Shown piece by piece: positions 14,081-24,767 of a stretch of 64,000 nt of DNA (positions within the stretch are counted from its first letter, which is position 1; each line of letters begins with the position of its first letter). The DNA is from the human T2T-CHM13v2.0 reference genome, Homo sapiens: NCBI RefSeq assembly GCF_009914755.1, contig NC_060947.1; one strand, given 5' to 3'. The translations under genes and the position numbers were made by a program. The notes beneath the pieces were generated by a model that saw only the letters and a list, made by a program, of their open reading frames with translations, had not been told where the DNA came from and searched no databases.

Positions 14081-14363
14081 GTTGTCCTCCCGAACTGGCT
14101 GTCCTGTGCTGCCAATCTCAGTGAATGGATCAGCATCCTGGCACAGAGTTGACATTCATTGATTGCCTTTGGAGTGAATGAACAGAGTATGATGAATAGA
14201 GTGAAAATATAGCTAAACAAGGCAGACACCAGGTCCTGCCAAATAGCCAATGCAAAACTCACCCTTCAGGTTGGCTCAGCAGATATCCAGCATAATTTTT
14301 TTCTCACCTTTCAAACCATTTGGGAAATCATGAGGTATTTTCCTCATCCAGAAGAACACTCAC

Positions 14364-14732
14364 CTACATATCAGCCACTCCTTCCCTAGAACCTACAGGT
14401 ATGGAGCAGGCTGGGTTTTTTCAAGAGCCTCTTATCCTGTAAATCTTTACACAGGGCAATGGCAGGTGCATGTACAGCCCATATGAGCCCAGGGGATGCT
14501 TGGTATTATAGAAAGGGGATCACAGTGGTGCCCAACTGATGGATCCGTGTTCAGTTTGCAGGAAGAGACTCTTCCCACCAAAGAGGTTTGTTAATCCTGG
14601 GGTCCCCCTCCCAGCCCCTGGAGGCATCAGATACAGCTGTCAGAAACATTGTAAACACCCAGTGATCCACTTGGCTGGTTTTACTGTTGTTCCCAGGGTT
14701 GACAAGCAGAAATACAGAACAAATGGTGGTTC
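14364..14732 (-). ncRNA. Candidate internal exon of a minus-strand transcript (lncRNA or 5' UTR)
   Basis: Minus-strand acceptor cttccttgttttggcctctgtttcAG|GA (AG = 14734-14733) and donor TAG|GTGAGT (GT = 14363-14362); an alternative AGG|GTGAGT lies at 14262. Unique, non-repeat sequence. Confidence 0.5.
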
Positions 14733-15464
14733 CTGAAACAGAGGCCAAAACAAGGAAGTGATCTGTTCCAGTCCAAGCTTCCAAGAAATAAAGAACTAGG
14801 TGGGGCACACTAAACAAGCCCCCAGACTCAACCACCCCAGTAAACATTCCCTTCATCACACTGGTTATGAGATAAAGTATAAGTTTTTTAAGCCTTATTA
14901 TAAATAACCTTACTTAACGTCTTCTGGTTGTTGTGAAAATTATAGTATTTTGCAAAATATATGTTCACCATTATCATTACCACCAGTTCCTTAATGAGGA
15001 GAAACCAGAAGTTGACACCAAAATGTTGATCCATAATGTTTATAGTCCTTCTTTGTCTTTATAGTTAATGTAAAATAAACTGTATGTAATTTTTACTACA
15101 GTGTGTCCTGAAAGGGCAAACCAAGCTACAAGCAACTCTAAAAGACTACTACTGTATGGGAGTGGATTATGAAAGTGTTTCTTAAATATGAGAGCTCAAG
15201 TTTTTCTTTCAGCGACTGAGTTAAAGCACGCAACTCATTTATCATGAGACTTTTGCTAGGCAGTGTACTATGTCCACTCAACACACATCATTTTAGGCAA
15301 TCATCTGGTTAAAACGTTTAATAGTATGGCATTCACAAACCCATTCTTCAGAGTTGACATTCAATTAATGGTTTGAATGTCGTTTCCAGGGCAGTCAGGA
15401 GTATTTAAAGGCTTTTCCATTGTTTTCGGAAGAGAAAGAAAACTTCCTAGCCTAACTTACTTAC

Positions 15465-15760
15465 CCAGAGCCTTGCTCCAGAGGGGGCAGACAAAGGGTA
15501 AAATCTGGGCAGAGAACATTAGTGGATATGAGAACGAAAGAAAGTGCTGCAAGATCTTGCAGACAGCTGAGTTCCACCTTCCACTCTACTGCCGAACAAA
15601 GTGAGGCAGGAAGAGGGTAGGGACTCGCTGAAAGCTAAACACCAAGTCAGTGACAGATCCAGGGCTGTAAAGTCCGACCGAGATTGAAACAATGTACACT
15701 GGGCGTCAGTCCCAACGCGAGCTTGCTCCAGCTCTTCCAGCTCTTCCTGAGCGCTAGGCC
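15465..15760 (-). ncRNA. Candidate first exon of minus-strand transcript
   Basis: Consensus donor TGG|GTAAGT on the minus strand (GT = 15464-15463) at the left edge of the CpG island. The TSS is not determinable; the right boundary is a guess. Confidence 0.45.
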
Positions 15761-16300
15761 CATCCGGCCTCACGCTGATCTCCGGGCAGACTCTGTCGCG
15801 CAACTGGCACAGATCGTGACGACAACCCTGCGGCAAGGCAGGAGTGGCCTTCCTCTCCGCCAGGGTTAAGGTGAGTACCACCGCCCTTGGGCCCAGCAGC
15901 CCGGGTGAGAGCCTCCGCCGCCCACTGCGACAGGCCTGAAAGCGAGCGCCTGGGTAAACCCACCCGTAGCACCCATGGGGACACCCCTTCCCTGACCCAC
16001 GGGACGGAACCCACCTGTGCTGGAGGTCGTGACTGCTAACTCCGCAGAGTGGGCAGAATTCCAAGCAAGGAGAGTCTCGGGAGGCAGCCTTTCACCCGCC
16101 TTTTGCCTTTTCACCCCCAAAACTGTCGGCCCCACGCTCCCCTCCCCCAGCCCGCTCGGGCCCAGCGGAGAGCCTGTAGGCCCCGCCCCACTCCTTCCGG
16201 CCGTGCAGGGTGGGTGCCTCTGGCGCCTGGGACTTCGCCCGGTGCTAGGGCGTCAGTCTCCCATTCGGAAGGACTGGGCCGGGGCACTCTATTCAATCGC
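15620..16300. promoter_or_regulatory. CpG island / probable bidirectional promoter
   Basis: The only long CpG- and GC-rich non-repeat tract in an AT-rich window. GC box CCCCGCCCC at 16181, GGGCGTCAGTC twice (15701, 16248), outward-facing splice donors on both strands. Confidence 0.8.
15760..15870 (+). ncRNA. Candidate first exon of plus-strand transcript
   Basis: Perfect donor AAG|GTGAGT at 15871 inside the CpG island; weaker donors at 15905 and 15953. The start is approximate. Confidence 0.5.
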
Positions 16301-16869
16301 CTTTAGTGAACATACTTGAAGCTATAGGTGCAGGGATGAGAAAAAACAGGCCCATAAAGCTATAAAACCTGGGTCCCCTGCCTGCCATTTCAGTGCTCCT
16401 CCCGAGTCCTCCCACTACGCTTCTATTTATGGTAGTTTATCCAGGTTTACTAGAAGTAAAATTCTACTACCTTTCCACCATTTTCTTGAGTTTATGGAAG
16501 TCATATACCGCTCATTACTCCCATCGATTCAGCTGAGCATCTTGAACCCAGGGTCCAGATACAGTGCTACATACAGTGAGCACTAGAAGGGAATACCCAT
16601 TAGGAATGAACACCTTATGCAGGTAAAAATTTAAGAACGATACATATTACAAAGAAGGACCAAAAAGTATACTGAAATAGTATATGCAATGGAAATCCAA
16701 GGCAGATTTAAAAAATGAGAGTAAGAACAACAAAAAAAATCAAATGCATATATACTGAAAATGGGAAATTGTGCAGTATTATATTTATTCGAGATTAAAA
16801 GTGTTAATCTAATGTCAAAAAAGCAATAAAGGAATTGGTTTGTAGAAGTCAGGATCAACAAAAGAAGAA

Positions 16870-17560
16870 AAAGCCTCCACATCTTTGCCCTGGAATTCCT
16901 TCTGCCATGAATGCTCTTACCCGGCACTTGTTTATTTGGAAAACGGCTACTCGTTATTTTTGACTCAATTTAGATAGCACCTCCTCTGTGAAGCCTTCCC
17001 TGTCTTTCCCAGATAAGTTTGTATATTTTTTTTCCCTAGGTCCAGTATGCCCAATGGATCTCGTACAGGCCTCAAGAGTACCACTTACTCTAGATTATAA
17101 TTTCTCTTTCTGCATGTCTTTGTCCTCTAATGAATAAGTAGCTTCTTGAGAGCAGAAAACTTGTGTTTTTCATATTTGTTCTCCAAGCACAGAGTCTAAA
17201 ATGTCTATATATTTAATAAATATTTGTTAAAAAATTTCTAGAACCAGTGTGTAAACAAAAGGACATATCCAGAGTGTGAATGTAACATAAAGAGGAAAAA
17301 CTAAGTACAATGAGAATCTAGATTTAGTCTGGCTGGTATTCATTCATGCAATAAACATTAATGAGTGCCTACTGTATGCCAGGCACTGTACTAAGATCTG
17401 GGTGTAAAATGATAAACAAAGCCCAGATATAGTCCATGCCCTTATGCCCTTATGTTTAAAGAACAAATTGGAGTTGGCCAGGCAAATGGGAAAACAAAAA
17501 AAGTTTTGGGCAGAAAGAACAGCATGATCCAATGTCCTGTAACAGGAAGATCATAACTGT
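16870..17560. mobile_element. L2 fragments (two orientations)
   Basis: cacctcctctgtgaagccttccctg...aataaatatttgttaa, and cattcatgcaataaacattaatgagtgcctactgtatgccaggcactgt (L2 3' ends). Confidence 0.65.
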
Positions 17561-17689
17561 AGCAATTAGAGTGAATGAGCTCACTTAAAGCTAAGCTGAA
17601 ATCAACACAAAGTACTCAGAAAAGGCAACAGGTTGATAGACAATACCTGTTTGTTTGAGTCAGTAAAAGAAGCAAGTTTCCTTAATAAT

Positions 17690-17900
17690 AGTAACCAACA
17701 TTTATAAAATGTGCACTATATGCTAAACACTGGGCTAAGTGTTTGTTTTATATCAAACACTTAAGGTAGATGATATTATTTCTACTTTAAGGATAAGGCA
17801 ACTGAGGCACAGATAGGTTAAGCAATTTTCACCAGGATCACATGGCAGTTAAATTTCAGAGCTGAGATTCAAACCTAGGTAATTTGGCTCCAGACTCTAG
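17690..17900 (-). mobile_element. MIR
   Basis: gataaggcaactgaggcacagataggttaagcaattttcaccaggatcacatggc (MIR core). Confidence 0.75.
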
Positions 17901-18249
17901 GGAGCCTGGATATTTTACTTTTAATAAAATATAAATTTTACTTGTAATAAAATAAAAGTCAGATATTTTACTGTTTCCTCTCTCTGTGTGTGTGTGTGTA
18001 GCAGGTCACATGGTGTATGGCACAGAGTGGAACTTCTTAATATTTTTGGAATGAATGAATAGCTGAATAAAAGCAATAGGTACAAATGTGCTAGAAAACA
18101 AAATAGAAAAAAACAATAGTATCTGGGTCTTTTTATGTTCCCGCCACACCAGCTGTTCCTAGAACACACCAAACTTGTTCTTGTTCTGCTTCCAAAATAT
18201 AATCTGCTCATGCATTTGTCCGTCACTGTACTGCTAACATTCCGGACCA

Positions 18250-18485
18250 GAGTTTGGCTTTTTTTTTTTATCTGTGAAGGGTCAGCTGGTAAATATTTTA
18301 GGCTTTTTGAGTCACATACAGTCTTTGTCTCCAGGTATTAAATTCTGCTTTCATAGAGTGAAAGAATTCACAGACAATACATAAATGAATGCGTGTAGGT
18401 ATGTTCCAATAAAAGTTTATTTACAAAAACAGGCAAGAGGCAGGATTTGCCCTGTGGGCAATAATTTTTAGACTCTTGCTCTAGG
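18250..18485 (+). mobile_element. MER58A hAT element
   Basis: tctgtgaagggtcagctggtaaatattttaggc...gttccaataaaagtttatttacaaaaacaggc. Confidence 0.75.
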
Positions 18486-19094
18486 CCAAATTATCACCAT
18501 CTCTTGCATGGACTACTGTATTAAATGATGTCTGAGAGCCATCATCTTTGACTAACATCTACACCTTTGTTTTATCAGCCTCTCAGTGAAGCTTTAGTGA
18601 TCTCTAATCATATTCATAACCTTGAGTTCTTGAAAGGTGGTTAAAACTATGTGTTAATTGTGATTTTGAACTTCGATTTATCAAAGATGGTCTTTAAAAG
18701 AACTACTAGTGATCTTTGAAAGAGTTAAAAAATTAAAGAAGGAAGATTTATTATAAAAGTAGTGACTTTTAGCCAGAAAATAAATATTCTGGACACAGTG
18801 CAATGTTGAATTTGGCTGAAGCTTTGGTCTATGACAAGAATCCTGCTAGGTATTCTATAGAGAAACAAATAAATGCTAAAACTTTTCAGAAATCATCTAG
18901 ACCATACAAAATTTTCCTCACCTATTCATGGACAAAAATTTGGTAAAGCTGAAGGGTATATTAATTTGTGTTTCGGTTTATGAACATTTCTGACTCTGGG
19001 GATATGAACATTTCTGACTCTCAACAGAAATGTGATTCAGCATAAACGTAGTAACCTATACAATTAATTTTGCAGTGAAGAAGTATTAATTAGG

Positions 19095-19323
19095 ACTCAT
19101 TAGTTAAAAGTTATCAAAACCTACCTGAAACTAACAAGCAAAAGAGAGAAATTTATGGGAAGATAATAAGGTGTTTCACAGAACTCAAGAAGGATTAGAA
19201 CAATCAAAACTTTTAAAAAGGCAAGGTATAGTTAGGCCTCAAGAATCGTCAAAAACAAGGATTCCAGTGACATTGACTCTATCATTCTTTTACCCCTATT
19301 CTTCCCTGCACATTTATCTGGGG

Positions 19324-19418
<95 letters not shown>

Positions 19419-19890
19419 ATCCCCTCGTTCCCTTCCTTGCTTTCCTCCCCACTCCTCTCAAGCTCTTTTTGTTTCCCAAGTCCATGTAACAGTAGATACG
19501 GTTACGGACACCTTCCTAGATTTTCATATTACAGATTCAACCACTGAAGAGAGACACTAAGCCATATCAGGTCCTCTGAAAAGCAAATCTACAGATCTAT
19601 CGTGGGTAATGGCTGGCAAGATAAAGAGGAGATTACAGTACAGCTCTATGGAAGTCTCAACCACCCCAACAGAGACTGCTAATTAGATGAATCCTGCGTT
19701 AGACAGAAACAGCCCTAGTACACCTCTTGTGCTCAGAGATTGGCTGGAGATGCCTGGGAAGGGAATGGCCTTGGATCAAATGATGCAAAAATAATCCCAA
19801 AAGTGCTCCAGCTGGAGACTGTTAGCTGACTCCACTCCTCATAGTAGGTTTTCCCTTGAAAGATCTGAGAGGCACTCCCTGGTTACCATA
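19095..19890. mobile_element. Old MaLR/ERVL-class LTR fragments (MLT1-like and other)
   Basis: MLT1-like aagcaaaagagagaaatttatgggaag...cacagaactcaag. The LTR-like segment at 19570-19890 is unassigned. Confidence 0.4.
19325..19418. repeat. (CT)n microsatellite
   Basis: ~90 bp near-perfect CT repeat; source of the (LS)n and (RE)n ORFs. Confidence 0.98.
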
Positions 19891-21099
19891 GACCTTTATG
19901 GTCCTATCTCCATAAATCTATGAGGGATTTATTGGCCAAGTTTGAGACTGGTGGCCACCTAAGACCAATCAACTGTAGCTAGGTGAGCGATGTCACATAT
20001 ACCAAAGGATAATTTTCTCAGTTTTCCTGGGGCTGAGGAATTCCCTGTAATGTGCTAAAACCACAACAGTTCAGGGCAAACTAGGATGCTTAGTTATTTT
20101 ATTAGTACCCATGTTAATAGGGGTGGGAAAGTTAAAACCGTCCAGTAATATCCTACTATATAAACAATTGTACTTTACTGTATTTATGGAGGAAATTCTA
20201 TGTATAGTGGTTTTATTGGATTAGGATAATTTATAAAGGTCTCAGAAGAATTCCCTTGAAGATGACAAAAATTTCATACTTTAATTCTTGCATGCTGGTT
20301 CCCTTGTGCATTTATACATTCTTCCTCCATCTAGAATGCTCCTCTCACTGCAACCTCCCTCTCCTCAACCTTGTCCTCACTGTTAGAAATGCTTCTTGCC
20401 CATTTCTCTAGTTTCCACGTGGAATTATTTCTCTAAATTAAGATTAAATCACATAATAAATGCCAAGCACATATCATAGGACATGGCATAAAATAGGGGC
20501 TTGTATCAGTCAAGGTTCTTAGTTGCATGCAACAGAAGCTGAAGCTGACTGATTTAAGCAGGAAAAAAAGTTATGTTGGGAATGACACTGGATCAGCACT
20601 CTTGCCGTTAGAAACATCATAAAACTGCATAAAATATGCAAGGAAACTGTTTAAAGATATTGAGCAATAGTCAGCCCATGATTATGATCCCCAGGAAAAG
20701 AGAAACTCACAAATCAAGCCCCAAGACTGCCTTAGCTCTTTGCCTGGTGACTATTTTCTGATCCCAGCATCAAGAGCTAGATTCCAAGCTGAGCTTGCAG
20801 TCTCATTGAACGAAGGAGGAAAAGATCAGAGCTCAGGGTAGCAGAAGCATCTGAAATCTATGGAGCAAGGCATTAGAGAAGACAATCTGTGCAGATGTTG
20901 GGACGGGTAAACATATGTCTTGGGGTTTCCAGCAAAACTTTAAAAAGAGGAGGAGTTATAGAACTTCTTGGTTTCAAGACTAACTATAAAACTACACTTA
21001 TCAAAACAGTGTGGTATTAGAGTAAGAAATAACAAATAAGTCAATAAAATAGCTCAGAATCCAGTAATAGGCTGACATATATTATGGTCATATATTTCT

Positions 21100-22690
21100 T
21101 TGGTTTTAACCTTCTATTTGGAAATAATTGTCAATTCACAGGAAGTTTCCAAAAAATACAGGGAGACCTCGTGTACCCTTTACACAATTTCCTCTGATGG
21201 TAAAATCTTGCCTAACTCTGGTACAATATCAATCCAGGAAATTTACATTGGTAAAATCCACAGAGCATATTTGAATTTTACCAGTTACACATGCATATGT
21301 GTGTGTGTGTAGTTGTATAAAATATTCTATGTGTAACTTTGTATAATGACGACCACAATTAAAATGTAGAACATTTCCATTGCCACAAGCTTTCTCATGC
21401 TGCCCCTTTATAGCCACACTCACTTCCCTTTCTCCTCCTCAACACCTGGCAACCATTAATATGTTCTCCATCTCTATAACTTTGTCATTTCAAGAATGCT
21501 ATATTAATGGAGTCAGGCAATATGTAACCTTTTGGGATTGGCTTTTTTTCTACTCAGCTTAACTCCCTTTAGATCCATCTAAGTTGTGTGTGTCAATAGT
21601 TGATTCTTTTTTATTGTTGAGTGGTGTTTCATGGTATGTATGTATCAGAGTTTGTTCAACCAATAACCCACTGAAGAACATTTGAGCTGTTTTCAGTATT
21701 TTTCTATTATCAGTGAAGCTTCTATGAGCATTCTTGTACACATGTGTTTTTTTTGGGAATACCAGTTTTAATTTTTCTGGCCTAAATGTCCAAAAGTATG
21801 TTTCCTGGGTTATATGCTATTTGCATATTTAATACTTTAAGAAACTACAACACCGTCTTCCAGAGTGGCTGTACCATTTTATATTCTCACTGTCAATGTA
21901 TGAAAGATCCAGCTTCCATGCAACCTTTCCAGCATTTTGTACTGTATTTTTTATCTTAGCTATTTTTTATGTCAGGTATTCTGACAGGTCTGTGGTGATA
22001 TCTAATTGTGATTTTAATTTGCCTTTCTCTGATGATGAATGATATTGAACATATTTTCATGTGCTTATTTTCTATCTGTATATAATCTTTGGTGAAAGGT
22101 TTCTTCATGTCTTTTGCCCATTTTCTACTTGGATTGTTCAGCATTTTTTATGGTTGAGTTTTGAGAACTTTATATATTTAACATACTAATTCTTTGTTAG
22201 ATATGTGGTTTACAAGTATTTTCTCCCACTCTGTTGCTTGTCTTTTCATCCTCTTAAGACAATATTCTGCAGAGTAAAAGTTTTGAATTTTGAGGAATCC
22301 AATCTACCAAGTTTTTTTATGGATTGCGCTTTAGATGTCAAGTCTTAGAGCCCTTTACTGAAACCTATATCCAAAGATTTTATCATGTTTTTAAAAAAAG
22401 TTTTATAGTTTTGTGGCTTACATTTAAGTCCATTATCCATTTTCAGTGACTTTTTTTGGTAAAGTATGAAATTTAGGTTGAAGTTCATACTTTTGCCTAT
22501 AGATGTTCAGTTGCTCCAGGACTATTGCTTGAAAGGCTATCCTTACTTTTTTTTTAACTTGCTTTTGCACATTTGTCAAAAGTCAGTTGGGCAAATTTGT
22601 GAGGGTCTGTTTCTGTTTTTTTTTATTTGGTTCCATTGATCTAAGTGTCTATCCTTCAGCCAATACAATGCTGTCTTATTACTTTAATTT
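21100..22690 (-). mobile_element. L1MC/L1MD 3' region
   Basis: Minus-strand L1M 3' UTR (gtgtaccctttacacaatttcctctgatggtaaaatcttg) and ORF2 C-terminal remnant. Confidence 0.75.
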
Positions 22691-22739
22691 TTTTATATCA
22701 TTACCAATGCCTTTGAACAGGGAAATTCTCTTAAACCAC

Positions 22740-24105
22740 TGAAAGTTGAAGAAAATGAACCTCAAACTCTACCTCATACCATAAAAAAAACTCAACTTAG
22801 AATTAATCATAGACCTAAACGTAAATGCTGAAATTGTTAAGCATAAGGAAGAAAACATGGGAGAATATCTTCATGATCTTGTGTTAGGCAATTGTTTCTC
22901 AAAATAGAAAAAAAATCATTAACCATAAAAGTTTAAAGTGATAAACTTCATTAACATTAAAAACTTCTGCATGCCAAAGACATTGTTATGAAAATGAAAA
23001 TATAAGCCATGGACTAAATACAAAATATTTATAATACCTATATCTTACAAAAGTAAGGTATCTATAATACATATAGAACTCTTAAAATCAAACATAAAAA
23101 CACAAACAAACCCAATTAGAAATGGGAAAAAGATTTAAACATATACTTACAAAAGAAGATGTACGAATGGCCAATAAACATATGAAAAGATGTTCAACAT
23201 CATTTACTCTTGAACTGAAGGAAAAGTTAAATCACAAAGACACAACACTTCACACAAGCTATAACATTTAAAAAAGAATGATACTACCAAGTGTTGATGA
23301 TGATGTGGAGCATTTTGAGTTCTCATACATTGCTGATGGCAAAATAAAATGGCACAATTGCTTTAGAAAACTGGTTAGCAGATTCTTATAAAGTTAAACA
23401 CACTTTATAAGATTCTTAGTTAAACACACTTTATAAGATTCTTAGTTAAACACACTTTAGCAGATTCTTATAAAGTTAAACACACTTTATAAGATTCTTA
23501 GTTAAACACACTTTATAAGATTCTTAGTTAAACACACTTTAGCAGATTCTTATAAAGTTAAACACACTTTCCCTATGACTCAGTAATACCACTCCTAAGT
23601 ATTTACCCAAGAGAAATGGAAATATATACTCATACAGTCTTCTGCACAAATTTTTACAGCAGTTTTATTTGTAATAGCTCCAAACTGCAAATAATTCAAA
23701 ACATGCAAATTGATAATAAACTATACATCCATAAAATGGAATACTACTCACCCATATAAAATAATTACTCGAAAGCAACAAACGTAGATGAACCTCAAAA
23801 ACATTATACTCAGCTAAAGAAGCTAGACACAAAAGAATACATACTGTATGACAATTTATATAAAATTCTAGAAATTCCAAAATTAAATTATGCTGGTAGA
23901 AAGTAGAATAATGGTTTCCTGGAGCAGAGGAGTTGTGTATTTACTGGAAGGAGTAATGACAAAACCCTTCGGAGTGATGATAATGTTCTGTATCTTGATT
24001 GTGTTGTTGGTTACACAGTGTATACATTTGTCAAAACTCGTTGACTTGTATAGTTAAGATCTGTACATTTAACTATATATAAACTATACTTCAATAAAAA
24101 TTAAG
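22740..24105 (+). mobile_element. L1ME-like 3' region containing a minisatellite
   Basis: ORF2 C-terminal remnants and 3' UTR ending aaactatacttcaataaaaa. Confidence 0.7.
23377..23570. repeat. Perfect higher-order minisatellite A-B-B-A-B-B-A
   Basis: A = agcagattcttataaagttaaacacacttt (30 bp), B = ataagattcttagttaaacacacttt (26 bp). No mismatches seen between copies. Confidence 0.95.
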
Positions 24106-24639
24106 TTAGAAAAAACAGATATTTGGTGGCTAACAGAATTATCATGAATCGTGGAGAACCAGGCATGGGCTGGGTGTCTAGGACCACCAACCAAAAATTC
24201 ACTGCACAACTGGTGTGACGAGGAAACCTCTTTTACTACCACAAAGGACTAGATGCTACTATATATACCAGTGCTATTTCTACAACAGAAAATCAACTTT
24301 ACTGCAGCCAGTAATGCCAATGGCTGCCGCTTCTATGCTGGAAACCCGATTTACCAACTATTATTGTTCACAGAGTCAGTATGAGTGCAAGAACATGCAA
24401 GAACAGCTAAGTTTTGTGATCAAACTCTGTCACTATCATTATCTTCAGTTTATTCTGCTTATGTGATTCTGAATTGTTTTTAACTTTTGTTTTAGCAGAC
24501 ATTCTATGCACGTCTTGTACTATAAATAGCTTAAATCCATTTTGGATTTAAGTCAAGAAATGCATACAACAATGAAGTATATTCTAGTCATCAAACCATA
24601 TTAATTTTTTCTCATATTACCTATTACATTTTTTCCAGT

Positions 24640-24720
24640 CTTACTGTTGGTGAGGCAAGAACCCTGGGCTCTGGAGTCAGACAAACATAGGTTTTAATCC
24701 TGGTCTACTCACATTGTCTA
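24640..24720 (+). mobile_element. MIR fragment
   Basis: aagaaccctgggctctggagtcagacaaacataggttttaatcctggtctac. Confidence 0.65.
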
Positions 24721-24767
24721 CTCCATCCTTCCTGGATTTTCCTTTGTTCTACCACTCTCCCACTTCC

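Noticed and set aside
14300-16300. Assigning a gene symbol or chromosome to the promoter
   Set aside because: I do not recognise the exon sequences. High L1 density is compatible with chrX but not diagnostic.
15519-16319. Overlapping ORFs across the CpG island as protein-coding exons
   Set aside because: Stop-poor GC-rich sequence gives ORFs in many frames on both strands; mostly non-ATG starts and no recognisable domain.
18980-19022. Short direct repeat tatgaacatttctgactct as a regulatory element (similar short duplications at ~3029-3061 and ~56328-56378)
   Set aside because: Ordinary slippage duplications with no further structure.
19171-19560. (LS)n, (RE)n and K/E-rich ORFs (also 6504-6809 and 62134-62409)
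   Set aside because: Translations of microsatellites and Alu tails.
23377-23570. CRISPR-like array
   Set aside because: No unique spacers, eukaryotic context, and the units derive from the surrounding L1.
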